From a virus (taxonomy: Duplodnaviria; Caudoviricetes): DNA of 36,405 nucleotides. Both the position numbers and the translations under genes were made by a program. The notes below the pieces were generated by a model. It was given only the letters and a program-made list of their open reading frames with translations. It ran no database searches and was not told the DNA's origin. Location: the IMG/VR virus record IMGVR_UViG_3300005512_000126, positions 1 through 36,405 of that record. One strand, given 5' to 3'. Positions 1 through 7,844 of this stretch are shown piece by piece. Numbering within the stretch: the first letter of the stretch is position 1; each line of letters begins with the position of its first letter.

Positions 1-673
1 CTTCTTTGCTCGACAAAAGAAAGCGCTTTGCCCTACTCGCCTCTATCCTGTCACTGTCAGCCGTGTCCTTTATGGCCCTTGTTATAACCTCAGCGGCAAG
101 TTGCCTGTATGGCTCCATGTGCTTAATAAGACCATCATGGAGATGTTTGCCTTTGAAATTAGGGCAAGAGTCGCCAGTTGCTTTTAAGCATTGCTCCGGG
201 TGTCCGTCGTCAATTTCGAGCCTTAGATCATAATGCTGACACCTTACAGTGTAGTCCTCCCGGTAACAGCATTTTCCCCGGTTCATTTTTATGTCAACAG
301 GCTTTCCGCGTTTCTTTGGCGGCTCACCTGTCCCGATGTATTCGGTGTTCGTTCGTTTCTCTCCTGGCCTTAACCATAAATCAGGGTTGCTTTCTCCCCA
401 GCTTTTGACCCTTATATAAATTCCTTGCCTTGAAATTTTTATACCGAGATTCTTAAAGGTGCTTTCGACTTCAAGGATGTTCATATCTCCTTTTGTCGTT
501 TTGTAGACCTTCATTGCTGTTTCTGCTTCAAGACTCCTCCGGAACGCCAGAAATGATTCTTTGTCCCGGTATCCTTTCTTCCACGTGGCGTAAACTTTCC
601 CCTCTGTCAAATTAAGTTTTACGGCAACTTTTCGCAGCGTAAGCTCTCTATTATCCCATAGTATGGTGTGCAT
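1..673 (-). CDS. Partial phage protein (>224 aa) with tandem HTH-like N-terminal segments, a Cys-rich middle and a helical C-terminal segment; putative DNA-binding regulator
   Basis: Not in the ORF track because it runs off the window edge. ATG at 673 with AGGAGG RBS at about 682-687. Open frame MHTILWDNRELTLRKVAVKLNLTEGKVYATWKKG...KCCYREDYTVRCQHY...YRQLAAEVITRAIKD...AKRFLLSSKE continues to position 1. Confidence 0.7.
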   Translation of the reverse strand, partial: MHTILWDNRELTLRKVAVKLNLTEGKVYATWKKGYRDKESFLAFRRSLEAETAMKVYKTTKGDMNILEVESTFKNLGIKISRQGIYIRVKSWGESNPDLWLRPGEKRTNTEYIGTGEPPKKRGKPVDIKMNRGKCCYREDYTVRCQHYDLRLEIDDGHPEQCLKATGDSCPNFKGKHLHDGLIKHMEPYRQLAAEVITRAIKDTADSDRIEASRAKRFLLSSKE

Positions 674-677
674 ACTG

Positions 678-780
678 TCAACCTCCTATCCCGTATTCTG
701 CAACTGTAACAAGGGTGGCCCACGCTGCCAGCGTTGCGGCTATGAAGCATATAAATGATGCTATTATTTTTTTGTTTCAT
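678..780 (-). pseudogene. Small hydrophobic peptide gene apparently frameshifted in an A7 tract
   Basis: ATG at 780 overlaps the upstream TGA (ATGA) and has a GGAG RBS. Removing one A from the A7 run gives MKQKIIASFICFIAATLAAWATLVTVAEYGIGG*, ending at the RBS of the next gene. Confidence 0.4.
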
Positions 781-887
781 TGTTTCTCCATTATGTAAAT
801 TATTTTAACCTGATCCACCTGAATGCGTGGTGGCTCCCATGTGAAGCAATGGTATTGAATCAGCGCGTATGCTATTAGCCCGGCCAT
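777..887 (-). CDS. Small hypothetical protein (36 aa)
   Basis: AAGGAG RBS at 895-900, ATG at 887, MAGLIAYALIQYHCFTWEPPRIQVDQVKIIYIMEKQ*; its stop overlaps the next ATG. Confidence 0.5.
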   Translation of the reverse strand: MAGLIAYALIQYHCFTWEPPRIQVDQVKIIYIMEKQ

Positions 888-925
888 AGCTCAACTCCTT
901 TTTATTGGTTATGAACATATGCTGA

Positions 926-1014
926 CTTCCACGTTGTCCTATACGAAGCTATTTTAAAGTTCTAATACTAAAGCTTACGAGCTTCTAAAAAGCTCATATA
1001 GGACAACGTGGAGC
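926..1014. repeat. Long imperfect inverted repeat (hairpin)
   Basis: Perfect 16-bp arms TCCACGTTGTCCTATA (928-943) and TATAGGACAACGTGGA (997-1012), extending imperfectly inward to about 35 bp per arm; followed by a T-run at 1018-1024. Confidence 0.8.
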
Positions 1015-1041
1015 TCCTTTTTTTGTAACGATTTCAGCTAG

Positions 1042-2388
1042 TTAGGTATTATGATAAGCTTTGAAAGCAGCCAATAAGTTTCTTTGCGCCGTACTTTTAC
1101 CTTCTAAAGCCTTAGCGACAGCTAGGTCAATCGTTTCGTCCATAATCAGGCGGTGCACAATTACCCCATGCTTTTGCCCTTGTCTATATAGACGGCCAGT
1201 CAACTGAATGTATTGTTCTAAAGACCACGGTAGGCCGTACCACAGAAGTATATGCCCGCCGGCCTGTAAGTTTACGCCATGCGACAAAGAAGCCGGGTGG
1301 CAAAGCATGAGCGGTATGGATCCAGAGTTCCACTGTTGTATGTATTCTGACGCCTGTTTCGCCGTAGTACCACCGGCTATTACAGGAGCAGCGGGAAATG
1401 CTTGTCGTATCGTGGCCAATTCTCCCTTGAATTGTATCGCACATAGTATAGGCTGCCCCGCAGAAGTCTCGACCAATTCTTTCAAAGCGCTTAATTTTAC
1501 CGTGTGAAGCGTATGCCATGTTCCGTTCTCCTCATATAAACCGCCCTGAATAAACTGCCTCAATTTCATACCCAGCTGGGCGATCTGGGGCGCTTCTATT
1601 TCGACACCGTTTTCTAGAGCTAGAAAGAATTCCGTTTCCAGCTGCTTATACTGCTTAGTTAGCTTCAGGGTCAACTCACATTTTATATCATTATACGTTA
1701 GACTGGGCATTTCTAAATAGTCTTCAGCAGCTAGCCTAAAAGTTATAGGGGCAACAGCATCTATTATGTCTTGACGCTTTTCAGGCGCCACTTCATATTG
1801 GGTAAACGGCATGCCAGGGTAACTAAAGGACCTGCAATATCGCCGCCGAAACTCTGAAATATTTTTGCCTAACCGCTTTCCCCCGTCCAATAAGGCATAT
1901 TGAGCCCATAGCTCTTGTAGCGAATTAGGAGCTGGGGTGGCTGACAAGCAGATCGCATAGTCTCGCCATAAGGGCTTCATTTTGCTTAGCAATTTGAAAC
2001 GCTGAGTACTATGGCTCTTACACATCGATGACTCGTCATAGATTATAGCCCGCTTGACCCAGGAGCCCTGTTGCTTAGCTAACCACGGAAGCCCTTCATA
2101 ATTCATAAGCAATATATCGATATTCGAGGACCCCGCTAAGGACTTAGTATTGCCGTGTAATACCCTAAAACTTAGGTCAGGAGCCCATTTCTTAATCTCA
2201 GCTGGCCAGGATGAATGAATAGTACGTAAAGGGCCTAGTACAAATAGCGGCACGCCTGTTTGTTTTGTTAGGGATAACGCTACTGCAGTTTTACCAGTAC
2301 CCATATCCATAGCCAAAAAACACGCCGGATTAGCTAAGCAAAACTCAACGGCGCGCGCCTGATAGCCGTGCAGCTTAAGCTTTGTCAT
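1042..2388 (-). CDS. SNF2-family (DEAD/H-like) helicase
   Basis: Q-motif LHGYQ, Walker A MDMGTGKT, Walker B IYDESS, motif III SATP, motif V HGVNLQ, motif VI QLTGRLYRQGQ. Start reassigned to ATG 2388 (MTKLKLH); the 70-codon extension in the ORF track lies inside the ligase gene. Confidence 0.93.
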   Translation of the reverse strand: MTKLKLHGYQARAVEFCLANPACFLAMDMGTGKTAVALSLTKQTGVPLFVLGPLRTIHSSWPAEIKKWAPDLSFRVLHGNTKSLAGSSNIDILLMNYEGLPWLAKQQGSWVKRAIIYDESSMCKSHSTQRFKLLSKMKPLWRDYAICLSATPAPNSLQELWAQYALLDGGKRLGKNISEFRRRYCRSFSYPGMPFTQYEVAPEKRQDIIDAVAPITFRLAAEDYLEMPSLTYNDIKCELTLKLTKQYKQLETEFFLALENGVEIEAPQIAQLGMKLRQFIQGGLYEENGTWHTLHTVKLSALKELVETSAGQPILCAIQFKGELATIRQAFPAAPVIAGGTTAKQASEYIQQWNSGSIPLMLCHPASLSHGVNLQAGGHILLWYGLPWSLEQYIQLTGRLYRQGQKHGVIVHRLIMDETIDLAVAKALEGKSTAQRNLLAAFKAYHNT

Positions 2389-3163
2389 AGCGAAATCCTT
2401 TGCCTCTTGGCTGCCTAGGCTTGCCACTCGGCTGCAGATTCTTATACTGCACCTCCAACACTTGTCCGATATACTGGTCAGGGTTCTCGAAAATTTCGCG
2501 CCGTAAGGCATAATCAAAGTCCTTAAGGGTACCACAACGGCATTCAAGTCCATTGAAATCGATAATGAATCCCCCGAGGATACCTGACATTTTGCCACAG
2601 CCCTCGTATATGTCCAGTATTCGACAGTCCTCGGATTTTATAGGGACTTCTCGCATCCAGTCATAGTTGCGGGTATTCGAATACTCGTGGCCTAAGGACT
2701 TCCATACCGACCCTTCTAGCCCCACAGCTAACCAACGATAATGAAGGTCCCAAAAGCCCTGTAAGGACTCCACCTTGTAGTGCGGGATTCGATAAAGCAC
2801 TCCAGGAATTTCTTTAGGCCTCCGCATTAAGCGGTCTCTAAGATTTCCCGGCGAAGGCATATCGATTATATACGCGCGGGCGGTTGGAACTGCCTGGTGG
2901 TTTCGAATTAGCCCGCTCAGCTTGTTAAACTCCAAGCCCGGTACTACGAGTTCCATATCCACCGGATATTCACAAGTCTTAAGAGCGTCGATAATGTGGT
3001 CCATGCCTCGAATAGGTTTGCCTTGACGGCTTACCAAAAGCCGCTCCCCGGGGTAATAGAACCCACGGACTCCGTCGTATTTAGGCCCGACATATCCTGG
3101 GCGAAATCGGCGTTCTTCAAAGTCTTTGCAGTTCCTGACCATGTGGTTATATCTTGTATCCAT
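2375..3163 (-). CDS. Minimal ATP-dependent DNA ligase
   Basis: Motif I PKYDGVR, III DMEL, IV EGSVWK, OB domain (EGCGK...LGG...CGT...IGQVLEVQY) and motif VI-like PRQPRGKGFRYDK; GAAGGAG RBS. Confidence 0.88.
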   Translation of the reverse strand: MDTRYNHMVRNCKDFEERRFRPGYVGPKYDGVRGFYYPGERLLVSRQGKPIRGMDHIIDALKTCEYPVDMELVVPGLEFNKLSGLIRNHQAVPTARAYIIDMPSPGNLRDRLMRRPKEIPGVLYRIPHYKVESLQGFWDLHYRWLAVGLEGSVWKSLGHEYSNTRNYDWMREVPIKSEDCRILDIYEGCGKMSGILGGFIIDFNGLECRCGTLKDFDYALRREIFENPDQYIGQVLEVQYKNLQPSGKPRQPRGKGFRYDKA

Positions 3164-3420
3164 TTATCTACTCCTTCTTTTCCATAAACAATATGAGCTC
3201 GAGCCCCGGTTGCTCTAATTTTACGTCGCTCACGCCTTTGTAATACTGATTCGACGCCGTCAGTAGTTTTACACTCGACTAGCATAATGCTCCCAAATAA
3301 AAAAACTATTCTATCTGCCCCGCCTCTCCTGCCGATATAGGCGAACTTGCGAGTGAAGCCGCCTAGCTCCTTTACCTTAGCGTCTAAGTAGACCTCGACA
3401 GCTGCTTCCGCTTTGCCCAT
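3031..3420 (-). CDS. VRR-NUC domain nuclease (Holliday-junction resolvase-like)
   Basis: Pattern E..VE..L...VKELGG...KF...G..G.ADRI......LVECKT......LQ is typical of phage VRR-NUC PD-(D/E)XK proteins; located next to the SNF2 helicase and PolA. Confidence 0.88.
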   Translation of the reverse strand: MGKAEAAVEVYLDAKVKELGGFTRKFAYIGRRGGADRIVFLFGSIMLVECKTTDGVESVLQRRERRKIRATGARAHIVYGKEGVDKWIQDITTWSGTAKTLKNADFAQDMSGLNTTESVGSITPGSGFW

Positions 3421-3659
3421 AGTTTAAGCGCCTCCGTATCCCTTGCGCCACATAAAGCGCGATAACGACTATGTATTCGGCTTACATAGCTCGGCCGATT
3501 TTCTCCAGTTAGCTCCGCATATAGTAAAATTAATACCTCGGCTAGCGATTGGCGACGTCGCAGTTCTCTGGCCAGTTGGGTTGTACTTTGCATACGTAGC
3601 CTAAGGTCGACCCTTTGCTCCTCTGTTAATGTGATCCGATTAAGGTGCGCTTCAATCAT
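3384..3659 (-). CDS. Hypothetical phage protein (91 aa)
   Basis: ATGA-coupled to the polymerase stop; helical, with an E...ENR...VSRIHSRY..L...RD pattern. Confidence 0.7.
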   Translation of the reverse strand: MIEAHLNRITLTEEQRVDLRLRMQSTTQLARELRRRQSLAEVLILLYAELTGENRPSYVSRIHSRYRALCGARDTEALKLWAKRKQLSRST

Positions 3660-5575
3660 TTCTTATACCTCGTTCCTATATAGCCTTCCGCCGCGAGGGG
3701 TAGTCCAGCAGCCCATGGTGGAAGTGTACATAAGCTTTTGTTGAATAGCTTTAGAGTTTCGGGGCCTATAGAATCCGGGCCTTCGCCTATAGCTTCATCA
3801 TGAACAGTTCCGAGAAGGTCGATATACGGCATCTTCCGAGATATCTGCACTAAGCCGTAGGCCATGATATCGCGAGCTAAGGCTTGGATTACATTCTCTA
3901 CTATACGCCCTGGTATAAGCTTAAGGCGAGACCATTTCTTGGTATATGGGTTAGTACCATAATGCCCTGGAGCTACGCCGTAAGTATCTGATTCAAGGTA
4001 AGGGTCCTTGTAAAATAGATTACGCCCCGATGGCAATGTTAGCAGCAGCCATTTGTTCCCGGCGCGGCATTTGACTACCCTGAACGTACAATTATGATAG
4101 GTGTGATAGCTGCCTGGAACTTGAATCGCCGATACACAGGCATCTTTGAGTTTATACCAAAGGTTCTTAACGGACGAATACCGATCCCTGAATGCGTCTA
4201 CAGCATGCTGCGCTTCACGGAGCTCCATATGGACATTCCAGGTTTTTGCGGTTTCGACGAACCGTTTTGCGCCCATGCCGTAGCCGCAGCCTAGGATAAT
4301 AATCTTTCCAATCTGTCTTTCGCCCTTGGTAACGTCGGCAGGGGCCTTCTTATACAAGAAAGCCGCCATATCGATATACTGGTCACCCCCTGTCCTAAAT
4401 AGTTCTAAAGCCCCTTCGTCTCTAGCTACCCAAGCTAACAATCTATTCTCTATAGAGCTATAATCCGACACTATTAATTTACGCCCGTCAGGGGCTTTAA
4501 TCATGGGCCTAATTAAAGCTTTAGCTATATTGACAGGATCATCAACAGGTTTAAAATCAACGAAACGGCTAATATAGCTCTCAGGGTCATTAACCGAGGC
4601 CCGCGGCAAATTTTGGAGCTGAAAGCCTCGGCCAGCCCAGCGACCAGTAGAAGTACCATAGTACTGCAGATTATTAAATACGCGTCTTTCATATACCATG
4701 TCCTTAATCTTCTGGTATTTAGCCGTTGAACTTCTCCCGATGGTTTGGCGTAACACAAGCATTTCTCGTACGGCGTCAGGCAAGTCTTGCTTCAAAAGGG
4801 CTTCGACTGTCGGGGCTGTTAGGTTGTCTACATGAACTCCTTTACTGGCCATCCAGCTTTTTAATTTAGCTACTTGCGTAACTTTCTGTACCTGGCCAAG
4901 GGAAAGCTCTGGCACTCTTCGCGTCATTTCTTCAGAAAAACTAGTTATATAGTCCAGAATTTTTTCTACGGCGAGTTCATCTACCGGCAACCCGGCTAAA
5001 TTCATGCGCTGCGTTAGTTCCCAATACTCCTGCTCACTGTCCGACAGCTTACTACTCGGAAGAGCGCGTATGAGCTCATATGTGGTATTTACATCGTCTC
5101 GGCAGTACTCGTAAAACAACATTAAGTCATTATGGGAGTAGTCGATACCGTGCCTAGGCCTTGCTCCAGCCCTAGTCGGGCAACATATCTTTTTAATTAG
5201 CGCAGCTCCTGTTTTTTGTTTCTGGATAGGCAGAGATAGCACTTCACCAGCTTTAGCTAACCCGCCCGGTAGGGTATACCGATTTGCGAGCGCTTGAGTA
5301 TCTACAAGCTGGTTTAGCTCGAGCTCCGGAAACCCGTAGTTACGCCCTAGGACGTTCCAAGCAAGGTAGTCAAATAGAATGTTATGGCCGTAAATGTTTC
5401 CGCTCATGCTAAATTCGGCCGCCGGAAAAGGCAATGCCGGCGTCCATAGCTTTGTGGGCTCATCGTCAATTTTATAAGCCATACAGACCATATCAGCTTC
5501 AGGGTCGTGCATATACTTATATGACCCGGCGCTGATAGGCGTAGGGCTATAAGTTTCAAAATCGATTATTATCAT
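3656..5575 (-). CDS. polA: Family A DNA polymerase (APSE-type, with 3'-5' exonuclease, no 5'-3' exonuclease)
   Basis: ExoI IDFETYS, ExoII GHNILFD, ExoIII YCRDDV; TGRWAG...QLQNLPR; motif A SDYSSIENR, motif B RQIGKIIILGCGYG, motif C VHDE. Confidence 0.96.
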   Translation of the reverse strand: MIIIDFETYSPTPISAGSYKYMHDPEADMVCMAYKIDDEPTKLWTPALPFPAAEFSMSGNIYGHNILFDYLAWNVLGRNYGFPELELNQLVDTQALANRYTLPGGLAKAGEVLSLPIQKQKTGAALIKKICCPTRAGARPRHGIDYSHNDLMLFYEYCRDDVNTTYELIRALPSSKLSDSEQEYWELTQRMNLAGLPVDELAVEKILDYITSFSEEMTRRVPELSLGQVQKVTQVAKLKSWMASKGVHVDNLTAPTVEALLKQDLPDAVREMLVLRQTIGRSSTAKYQKIKDMVYERRVFNNLQYYGTSTGRWAGRGFQLQNLPRASVNDPESYISRFVDFKPVDDPVNIAKALIRPMIKAPDGRKLIVSDYSSIENRLLAWVARDEGALELFRTGGDQYIDMAAFLYKKAPADVTKGERQIGKIIILGCGYGMGAKRFVETAKTWNVHMELREAQHAVDAFRDRYSSVKNLWYKLKDACVSAIQVPGSYHTYHNCTFRVVKCRAGNKWLLLTLPSGRNLFYKDPYLESDTYGVAPGHYGTNPYTKKWSRLKLIPGRIVENVIQALARDIMAYGLVQISRKMPYIDLLGTVHDEAIGEGPDSIGPETLKLFNKSLCTLPPWAAGLPLAAEGYIGTRYKK

Positions 5576-5766
5576 TCGGTTCTCCCGTATTGCGTTTCCA
5601 TTTCGATAATAGTGTTAATGAAACTTTGCACCGCAGTAAGTACAGCGGGCGTCTCTTTAGCGGGGAGGTTTTTTATTACAGCCTCCAAATACGCTATAGA
5701 TTGCCCTATATCTTTATGCGTAGCAAATAGATCGCACCGTAATTCTTTAGCTATTACTCTTTCCAT
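5572..5766 (-). CDS. Hypothetical protein (64 aa)
   Basis: GAGG RBS; stop overlaps the polymerase ATG (ATGA). Confidence 0.7.
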   Translation of the reverse strand: MERVIAKELRCDLFATHKDIGQSIAYLEAVIKNLPAKETPAVLTAVQSFINTIIEMETQYGRTE

Positions 5767-5802
5767 ACTAACCTCATATCCCGCCCACCGCCCTTAAGTT
5801 TT

Positions 5803-5994
5803 TTATTGTATACCAATCACAATTTTAGATTGGCAGAACATATCAGATAGGACTTGCTCTTTGGCGCCTTCTGATATCCCTTCTAGCTGAAGTAATTCGC
5901 CCAGTAAGAAACATCGCCGGGCGAATTCAGCTTTGTCAGCTCTACTGGAGATTCTCGTCTGCGACAGCAAGCCCTGCGAATGCTTCTTCTGCAT
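5803..5994 (-). CDS. Possible small hypothetical protein (start uncertain)
   Basis: Fills the gap between SSB and the next gene on the coding strand, but overlaps SSB by 53 nt and lacks a clear RBS. Confidence 0.35.
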   Translation of the reverse strand: MQKKHSQGLLSQTRISSRADKAEFARRCFLLGELLQLEGISEGAKEQVLSDMFCQSKIVIGIQ

Positions 5995-6469
5995 TTACCC
6001 TCCCGTCAAGTCGATCTCCGTCCTTCACGAACATCACGTTATTAAGGCCACAGCCAACACCTTTAGACTTTGTATCGAAGGGGTAAAAATTAATGTCCAC
6101 ATGGTAAAAAGCTCCTGAATACAGACAAGAATTGTCCATAAGAGGATTTCCGTCAGGCCCTACGATTCCAGGCTGGCCAGACTTTTGGTTCGCGTTCACA
6201 TACATATGCCCCTTATAATGGGCAGGACGCTCGTCAGCCGCATGCTCTGCGGTACCATCATGTAACGGCTGTTTAAAATTGGCGGAAGTAGTATTGGCTT
6301 TGGTAAACTTTCCTGCCGCGATACCCTTGTCCTCTGCCGCGGCGATAGCCGCTTTTACCTCATCAAGCTGAGGATGGCTATTAGGGATCATTATACACAT
6401 GGAATACCCCCCATGCTGGTTAGTTTCTGCTAAAAATACCCAATCGCATCTAACGTTCTTTATAATCAT
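5942..6469 (-). CDS. DUF2815-family single-stranded DNA-binding protein (T7 gp2.5-like fold)
   Basis: VR..WV.L, YS..I.IP, PLHDG, YKGHMYVNA, PGIV, YSG, GVGCGLNNVMFVKDGDRL.G and an acidic tail. Confidence 0.9.
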   Translation of the reverse strand: MIIKNVRCDWVFLAETNQHGGYSMCIMIPNSHPQLDEVKAAIAAAEDKGIAAGKFTKANTTSANFKQPLHDGTAEHAADERPAHYKGHMYVNANQKSGQPGIVGPDGNPLMDNSCLYSGAFYHVDINFYPFDTKSKGVGCGLNNVMFVKDGDRLDGRVNAEEAFAGLAVADENLQ

Positions 6470-6894
6470 TTTTTTGCTCCTAAAAGTTGGTCTAATTTCT
6501 GATTAATGGTTTCTAAAAGGTCTTCAGCCGGCGCCTCCTCTTCACTGAAGTCTTGGTCAATATGACGTCGGCGGTTATTCGCCATTATATCATTAAAAAC
6601 CGAATTTAAGTCGGCTGGAGTTATATCGAAAGCTTCTCCTATATGGTGCAAAAAGAATAAGCAATCGACTATCTCCCGCATAACGTTATATCGGTCTACA
6701 AAAGGCTCTTCCATCCGTAAGGGGTCTCTAAAAATTTTCCAGGCAAAACTATCCTGGAGTTCCGCAACTTCCATAAACAATGCATTACACATAGCGGTTG
6801 CTCTAAAAATCTTATCTTTAGCAGGGGCTCCGGCTAAAGAGCCGCCGTTTACGGCGTTTGAGAAATCCGTCATTGCTTGCCAATGGCTAATCAT
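6466..6894 (-). CDS. All-alpha NTP pyrophosphohydrolase (dimeric dUTPase/MazG-like)
   Basis: EVAELQD..AWK and EIVDCLFF metal-binding motifs, C-terminal N.RR; lies near thyX. Confidence 0.78.
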   Translation of the reverse strand: MISHWQAMTDFSNAVNGGSLAGAPAKDKIFRATAMCNALFMEVAELQDSFAWKIFRDPLRMEEPFVDRYNVMREIVDCLFFLHHIGEAFDITPADLNSVFNDIMANNRRRHIDQDFSEEEAPAEDLLETINQKLDQLLGAKK

Positions 6895-7126
6895 GACATA
6901 CCGCCTCGAATACTTTAGCCAGATCTACCTTAGGGGTCCGTACTTCAAATACGGTTTCATTCGTTGTTACTAGCTTATCTGGAGCCGGAATATATTCCCA
7001 AATGTCATCACCGTTCGAATCTTTCTTATGCGTATTTTCGTATACCTGTCGGTTAGTCGCCATGCGAGTCTCTAAGCGGACTACCATTACTTTGTACTCT
7101 ACGGATACAGGGGCTTCGTTTGTCAT
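6887..7126 (-). CDS. Hypothetical protein (79 aa)
   Basis: AGGAG RBS at 7134-7138 supports ATG 7126 (MTNEAPV) rather than the GTG at 7168. Confidence 0.7.
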   Translation of the reverse strand: MTNEAPVSVEYKVMVVRLETRMATNRQVYENTHKKDSNGDDIWEYIPAPDKLVTTNETVFEVRTPKVDLAKVFEAVCHD

Positions 7127-7145
7127 TTTAGGTCTCCTAAACTTT

Positions 7146-7844
7146 TTATCGGGTATAAGGGGAGCCACACGTCATACGCCCCTGGTTACATTTACCGGTA
7201 GGATAACAGTATGGCCCGCAGCAGTCAGCAAATTCTGGCCAGTAGTCATAAACGGCGCTCCATACTTTGGCAGCTACCGTTTGCATTTCCGGAACGTTGC
7301 GCTTGCATAGGCGCTGTTGAAAAAAGTTCAATAAGGACCTGGCGTTTACTGTCCAGATAATGTTAACTGCAGCTGCATTTGCTAATAGCTGCCGGGCCTC
7401 GTAAATCGGTACCCCATTCGCTACCATTTGCACATAGTCTCTAATGCCTATCTCAAGGGCCGATGCCACGCCTCCTTCTGCGTGACTAAAATCAATAAAG
7501 GGCTCTGCGAATTCGTCGACGTGATCCGGATGTACCACCATAGGCATATCTCGATAATCGGTATAATGCTGCGACGCGCTAGTAAAGCTACTCATCCGAT
7601 GGCGCGTCAATTGAGCCAGCAAGCTGCGAGAAACCCCGAGTATCGAGAAGGTCATGGAGACATGCTCGAGCAGACTCGTGTGCTGGGCTTGAATTAAGTA
7701 TTCTAATGAACGTCGTGAGCACGGCCCTAAGGACTCTATCTCGGCATTCATTGTCAGGTTCATCGCGGTTTTCACTAGGTCTGACGGCCTGCTGGTCGTC
7801 CGTAGTAGCTGAACTTTGATATCGTCGTATGTTTGTAGTTTCAT
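7146..7844 (-). CDS. thyX: Flavin-dependent thymidylate synthase ThyX (variant motif)
   Basis: HTSLLEH, TF.I.GVSR, QLTRHRMSSFTSAS (RHRX7S), EARQLL.NA, TVNARSL.NF...R.C and a Cys-rich C-terminus; GGAG RBS before ATG 7844. Confidence 0.92.
   Translation of the reverse strand: MKLQTYDDIKVQLLRTTSRPSDLVKTAMNLTMNAEIESLGPCSRRSLEYLIQAQHTSLLEHVSMTFSILGVSRSLLAQLTRHRMSSFTSASQHYTDYRDMPMVVHPDHVDEFAEPFIDFSHAEGGVASALEIGIRDYVQMVANGVPIYEARQLLANAAAVNIIWTVNARSLLNFFQQRLCKRNVPEMQTVAAKVWSAVYDYWPEFADCCGPYCYPTGKCNQGRMTCGSPYTR

Noticed and set aside
6-408. Plus-strand ORFs 6-233 and 178-408
   Set aside because: They are antisense shadows of the minus-strand ORF 1-673, which has a strong RBS.
1000-1035. Fourth CGTTTAC-type promoter (AAATCGTTACA on the minus strand)
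   Set aside because: It is one T short and has no -10 box at 16-18 bp.
2389-2598. 70-aa N-terminal extension of the helicase
   Set aside because: It lies wholly inside the ligase gene, and the helicase motifs begin right after ATG 2388.
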